A DNA stretch of 41,049 bases. It comes from Chiloscyllium plagiosum. Taxonomy: Eukaryota. Below, piece after piece: positions 38,210-41,049 of this stretch (position 1 is its first letter; each line of letters opens with the position of its first letter). The position numbers were made by a program, and so were the translations under genes. The stretch covers positions 1 to 41,049 of the forward strand of contig NW_025214280.1 in assembly GCF_004010195.1 (NCBI RefSeq), given 5' to 3'. The notes under the pieces are model-generated. The model made no database searches. It saw only the letters and a list, made by a program, of their open reading frames with translations, and had not been told where the DNA came from.

Positions 38210-38700
38210 CTGTGTTACTGAGAGACAGGGTGAGAGAGGAGGAAGGGGAGACAGTGACGAAGCTAGAGGGAGGGGAAATGAGAGCAAAAAGAAGCAAGAA
38301 TAGAAAGTAAGTGATGTAAATGGCTGGAGAGACAGAAATGCAATCAAAGGCCTCGGGGAGTCAGAGCGTGATAGCGAGATGTAGGGAGTTATTTACGGAA
38401 GAAAAATGATGGAGAGGAGGGGAGGAAAGAAAATGCATGGGCAAGGGCAAGAGTAATACAAGTATGGAAAAAATTCGGAAATGTATGGCGCAGAAGAATT
38501 GAAGATAATGAGAGATTGCAAAAGAGAGAAAAGTGTGAAGGCGAAATCGGGACGAAGAAAGACTGAAGCAATGAGGAAATGCGAGGGAGGTCGCAAGAAG
38601 AGGAGAGAGAAATAAGTAAATAAATAAATAAATAAAGAACGAAAGAAACAAAGAAAGAAAGCAAGGGAGAAAGGAACGAAGGAGGGCAGAAGTTTCAGAT
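38210..38700. repeat. Purine-rich low-complexity tract with (AAAT)n at about 38610-38636
   Basis: Direct reading. Confidence 0.8.
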
Positions 38701-39191
38701 GTGTATGCGAAAATGGGTAGAAGAAGAGTAAATTATCGGAAGTGAAAGCAAGGACAGGGCTATTTAAAGCCAACTGCTGAGCTTGACCTTGGTCCGCTCC
38801 CTTTCCCAAAAGGCCAGGATTTCGGCCCGAATCTGTCCCTCACCATCTCAGCGTCTTAATCAAAAATGATCAGTTAGCACTGCTGCTTGGCACTTTTTGA
38901 AGAATATTTTTCTCATTTACAAACTGAAATTGTAGACAGCTTATGTGCAATTGCGCCTGTTCTCTCTGGTCTTGGAGTCAAGAGAATCATTGAAACATTG
39001 TGTGACAGGTTTGAACAAGCCAGAACGGCTGTCAAGTCAATGACAGGATAAAAATGGCCGAGATCAAAAACGGTTAGATTGTTTTTTCTTGACTTTGCAA
39101 AGCAATATGTTTCTGACAAGCCCTATATCTGTGATTCCGCAGTAGATTCCGACATTCTGGCCACTGAAATGTGTCAGAGATTGTAAGTATT

Positions 39192-39350
39192 GAGGAGGGG
39201 AAATTTAGGACTGCAGATGCTGGCGATTCGACTCAGGATTAGAGTGGCGCTGGAAATGCACAGCAGATCAGGCAGCATCCGACAGCAGGAAAGTCGATGT
39301 TCATCAGGATGGAGCTCCTGCCCAAAACGTCGATTTACCTGGTTTCTGAG
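39192..39350. mobile_element. Partial hairpin repeat of the same family as 26426-26598
   Basis: aggactgcagatgctgg...gattagagtggcgctggaaatgcacagcagatcaggcagcatccg...gtcgatgtt...aaaacgtcgattt. Confidence 0.75.
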
Positions 39351-39805
39351 AAGATATGGATATCAAATCTATTCAGGAAAACACTGGGAACAGTGGGGGA
39401 AAGTAATCCAATGGGTGTAGATTACAAGCATACCAACAATAACCACAATGTGGAAGTAGAAGTACAAGAAAGCAATATTATGTGTGAGAGATAATGGATA
39501 GTAAAAATCATCGGTGACCATGTCACACAGAATAGCACGGGACATATTTTGGTCTTTGGTTAATTTGCAGGTCATTCAGTGTCAGTCCTTCCCTGACATT
39601 TGTTCCATTGTGAGCATCAAGAACGAAGGCAAGCCTGTTTGCCAGAAAAAAAATAATCTGTCACTAGACTCTTTTTGTGACGGACACAAGAGCATCCAGA
39701 TTCCTCTCTATCGCACTTTTCTGGAGTTTCTCTCGATTTAAATAGTGGACTGCCTTTTGACTCTTCCGAAAAAAGTGCATTACCTCACACTCCCAACATG
39801 AAACT

Positions 39806-39909
39806 NNNNNNNNNNNNNNNNNNNNNNNNNNNNNNNNNNNNNNNNNNNNNNNNNNNNNNNNNNNNNNNNNNNNNNNNNNNNNNNNNNNNNNNNNNNNNNN
39901 NNNNNNNNN
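39806..39909. other. Assembly gap (104 N)
   Basis: Run of N. Confidence 1.
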
Positions 39910-40905
39910 AAAATCATTGAAGCCCGATGACTGACCGTTCTGGCACCTCACTTCTTACACCATTCCATATTGAAAAATATCCAATAATTCCAATTCTATA
40001 TCTTCTATTAAATAATTAACGGGCAGTCAATGTTCATTTATTACTCAACACCGTGATCTCCAACATTATGCATAGAGTTTTTATATGGTTCCTTCTTTGA
40101 TGCCTGCCAAAACTTCAAATTTGTATCATCGACTGGCTGCCTTGAACACCTCTGCTTGTAATATTAGCAAAGAAATCAGATATATTTCTCAAGTGTGATT
40201 TCTCTTTAAACAAACGATGTGTGCTCAGTTTGACTGCAATAATCTTTTCTAAATGTCGTGCTATTTCTTCCTTCATAATGGTCTCTAGCATTTTCTAATT
40301 GATAAAGAAGGCCTTGGAGCAAATGATGGCCATTTAGCCCACCAGGTTTTAGTGGGACCATGTTTGATTTGGCTAATCCTCGACTCCACTTCTCTGCTTC
40401 ATCCCGTGACCCTTCTTTCCCCAAGTGACTAAATGTCTGTCTATCTCAGTCTTGAATACATCCAGCCTTGACAGCCCTCTGTTCTATAGAATTGTATTCA
40501 TTTGGTGCCCTCTGATCTGAAGAGTTTGCACACAATCTGTGTATTAATTTAGCAACTATTTCCTCTGAGATTAGGCCATCTGGTTCTCCACTAATCTGGC
40601 TGGAAGTGAGAGCAGAACAACGCCCTAAAGATAGGTACGAACTCACTGGAGTCTCCAGTTCCATGTGTGAGGTTTTGAAGCATCATCCTTTTTGAACTCT
40701 GCTTAAATAATCTGCCTTGATTTTCACATTACATTTGACAGTGACAAAGCTGCTTCAACACTATTTCATGTGCTGTAATACGGGTCGATGTGAAAGGCGC
40801 TTTATAAATACAAGGACATCTTTCTTTCTCGAACCTTTGCCCTGATTATTCATCTCTAAACTCATGGAAATGTATCCTTCCCAACCAATTGATATCTTAT
40901 GAATG

Positions 40906-41049
40906 TTCAAAGTTTGTGCGAAGATTTGTAGCTCGGGTGCTCATTGCTGTGGTTCTGTTCGCCGAGCTGGAATTTTTGTTGCAAACGTTTCGTCCCCTGG
41001 CTAGGCCACATCATTCGTGCTTGGGAGCCTCCTGCGAAGCGCTTTTTTG
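40906..41049 (-). mobile_element. Penelope-like terminal repeat (runs off the window), related to 440-528
   Basis: The minus strand reads gcgcttcgcaggaggctccc...cctagccaggggacgaaacgtttgc...ttccagctcggcgaacagaac, versus gtgcttcgccagaggccc...cctagtagggtgacgaaac...ttccagctcagcgagcaaa at 440-522. Confidence 0.8.

Noticed and set aside
38078..38809. Hydrophobic F/L/S-rich ORFs resembling membrane proteins
   Set aside because: They are the antisense of a purine-rich low-complexity tract.

Overview
Repeat-dense eukaryotic DNA from a cartilaginous fish, most likely a shark. The basis is HE1-type SINEs, DeuSINE/SacSINE1-like pieces, CR1 LINEs and shark-type Penelope termini, all recognised from memory of those families. 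There are two scaffold gaps. I cannot identify any intact protein-coding gene, and nearly all listed ORFs are transposon debris or low-complexity artefacts. Main contents: (1) many decayed CR1 LINEs and tRNA-derived SINEs; (2) several Penelope-like elements (PLEs), including a nearly full-length decayed RT + GIY-YIG copy (about 14134-17755, minus) with direct pseudo-LTRs and an inverted pseudo-LTR (19755-20533), the whole unit inserted into an older CR1; (3) decayed minimal hammerhead-ribozyme motifs in three different PLE-derived termini; (4) a 5'-truncated endogenous retrovirus (gamma-type env remnant, PPT, 730-bp LTR) with a 1405-bp tandem duplication; (5) a 3.3-kb degenerate 54-bp tandem array that appears to come from a SINE segment; (6) several local duplications; (7) a weak candidate set of minus-strand pseudo-exons near 33.7-34.7 kb and a weak promoter-like motif cluster near 38.75 kb. 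I see no well-supported, wholly new biological system. The best leads are the PLE/hammerhead architecture, the SINE-derived array and the ERV. Boundaries of old repeats are approximate (tens of bp).
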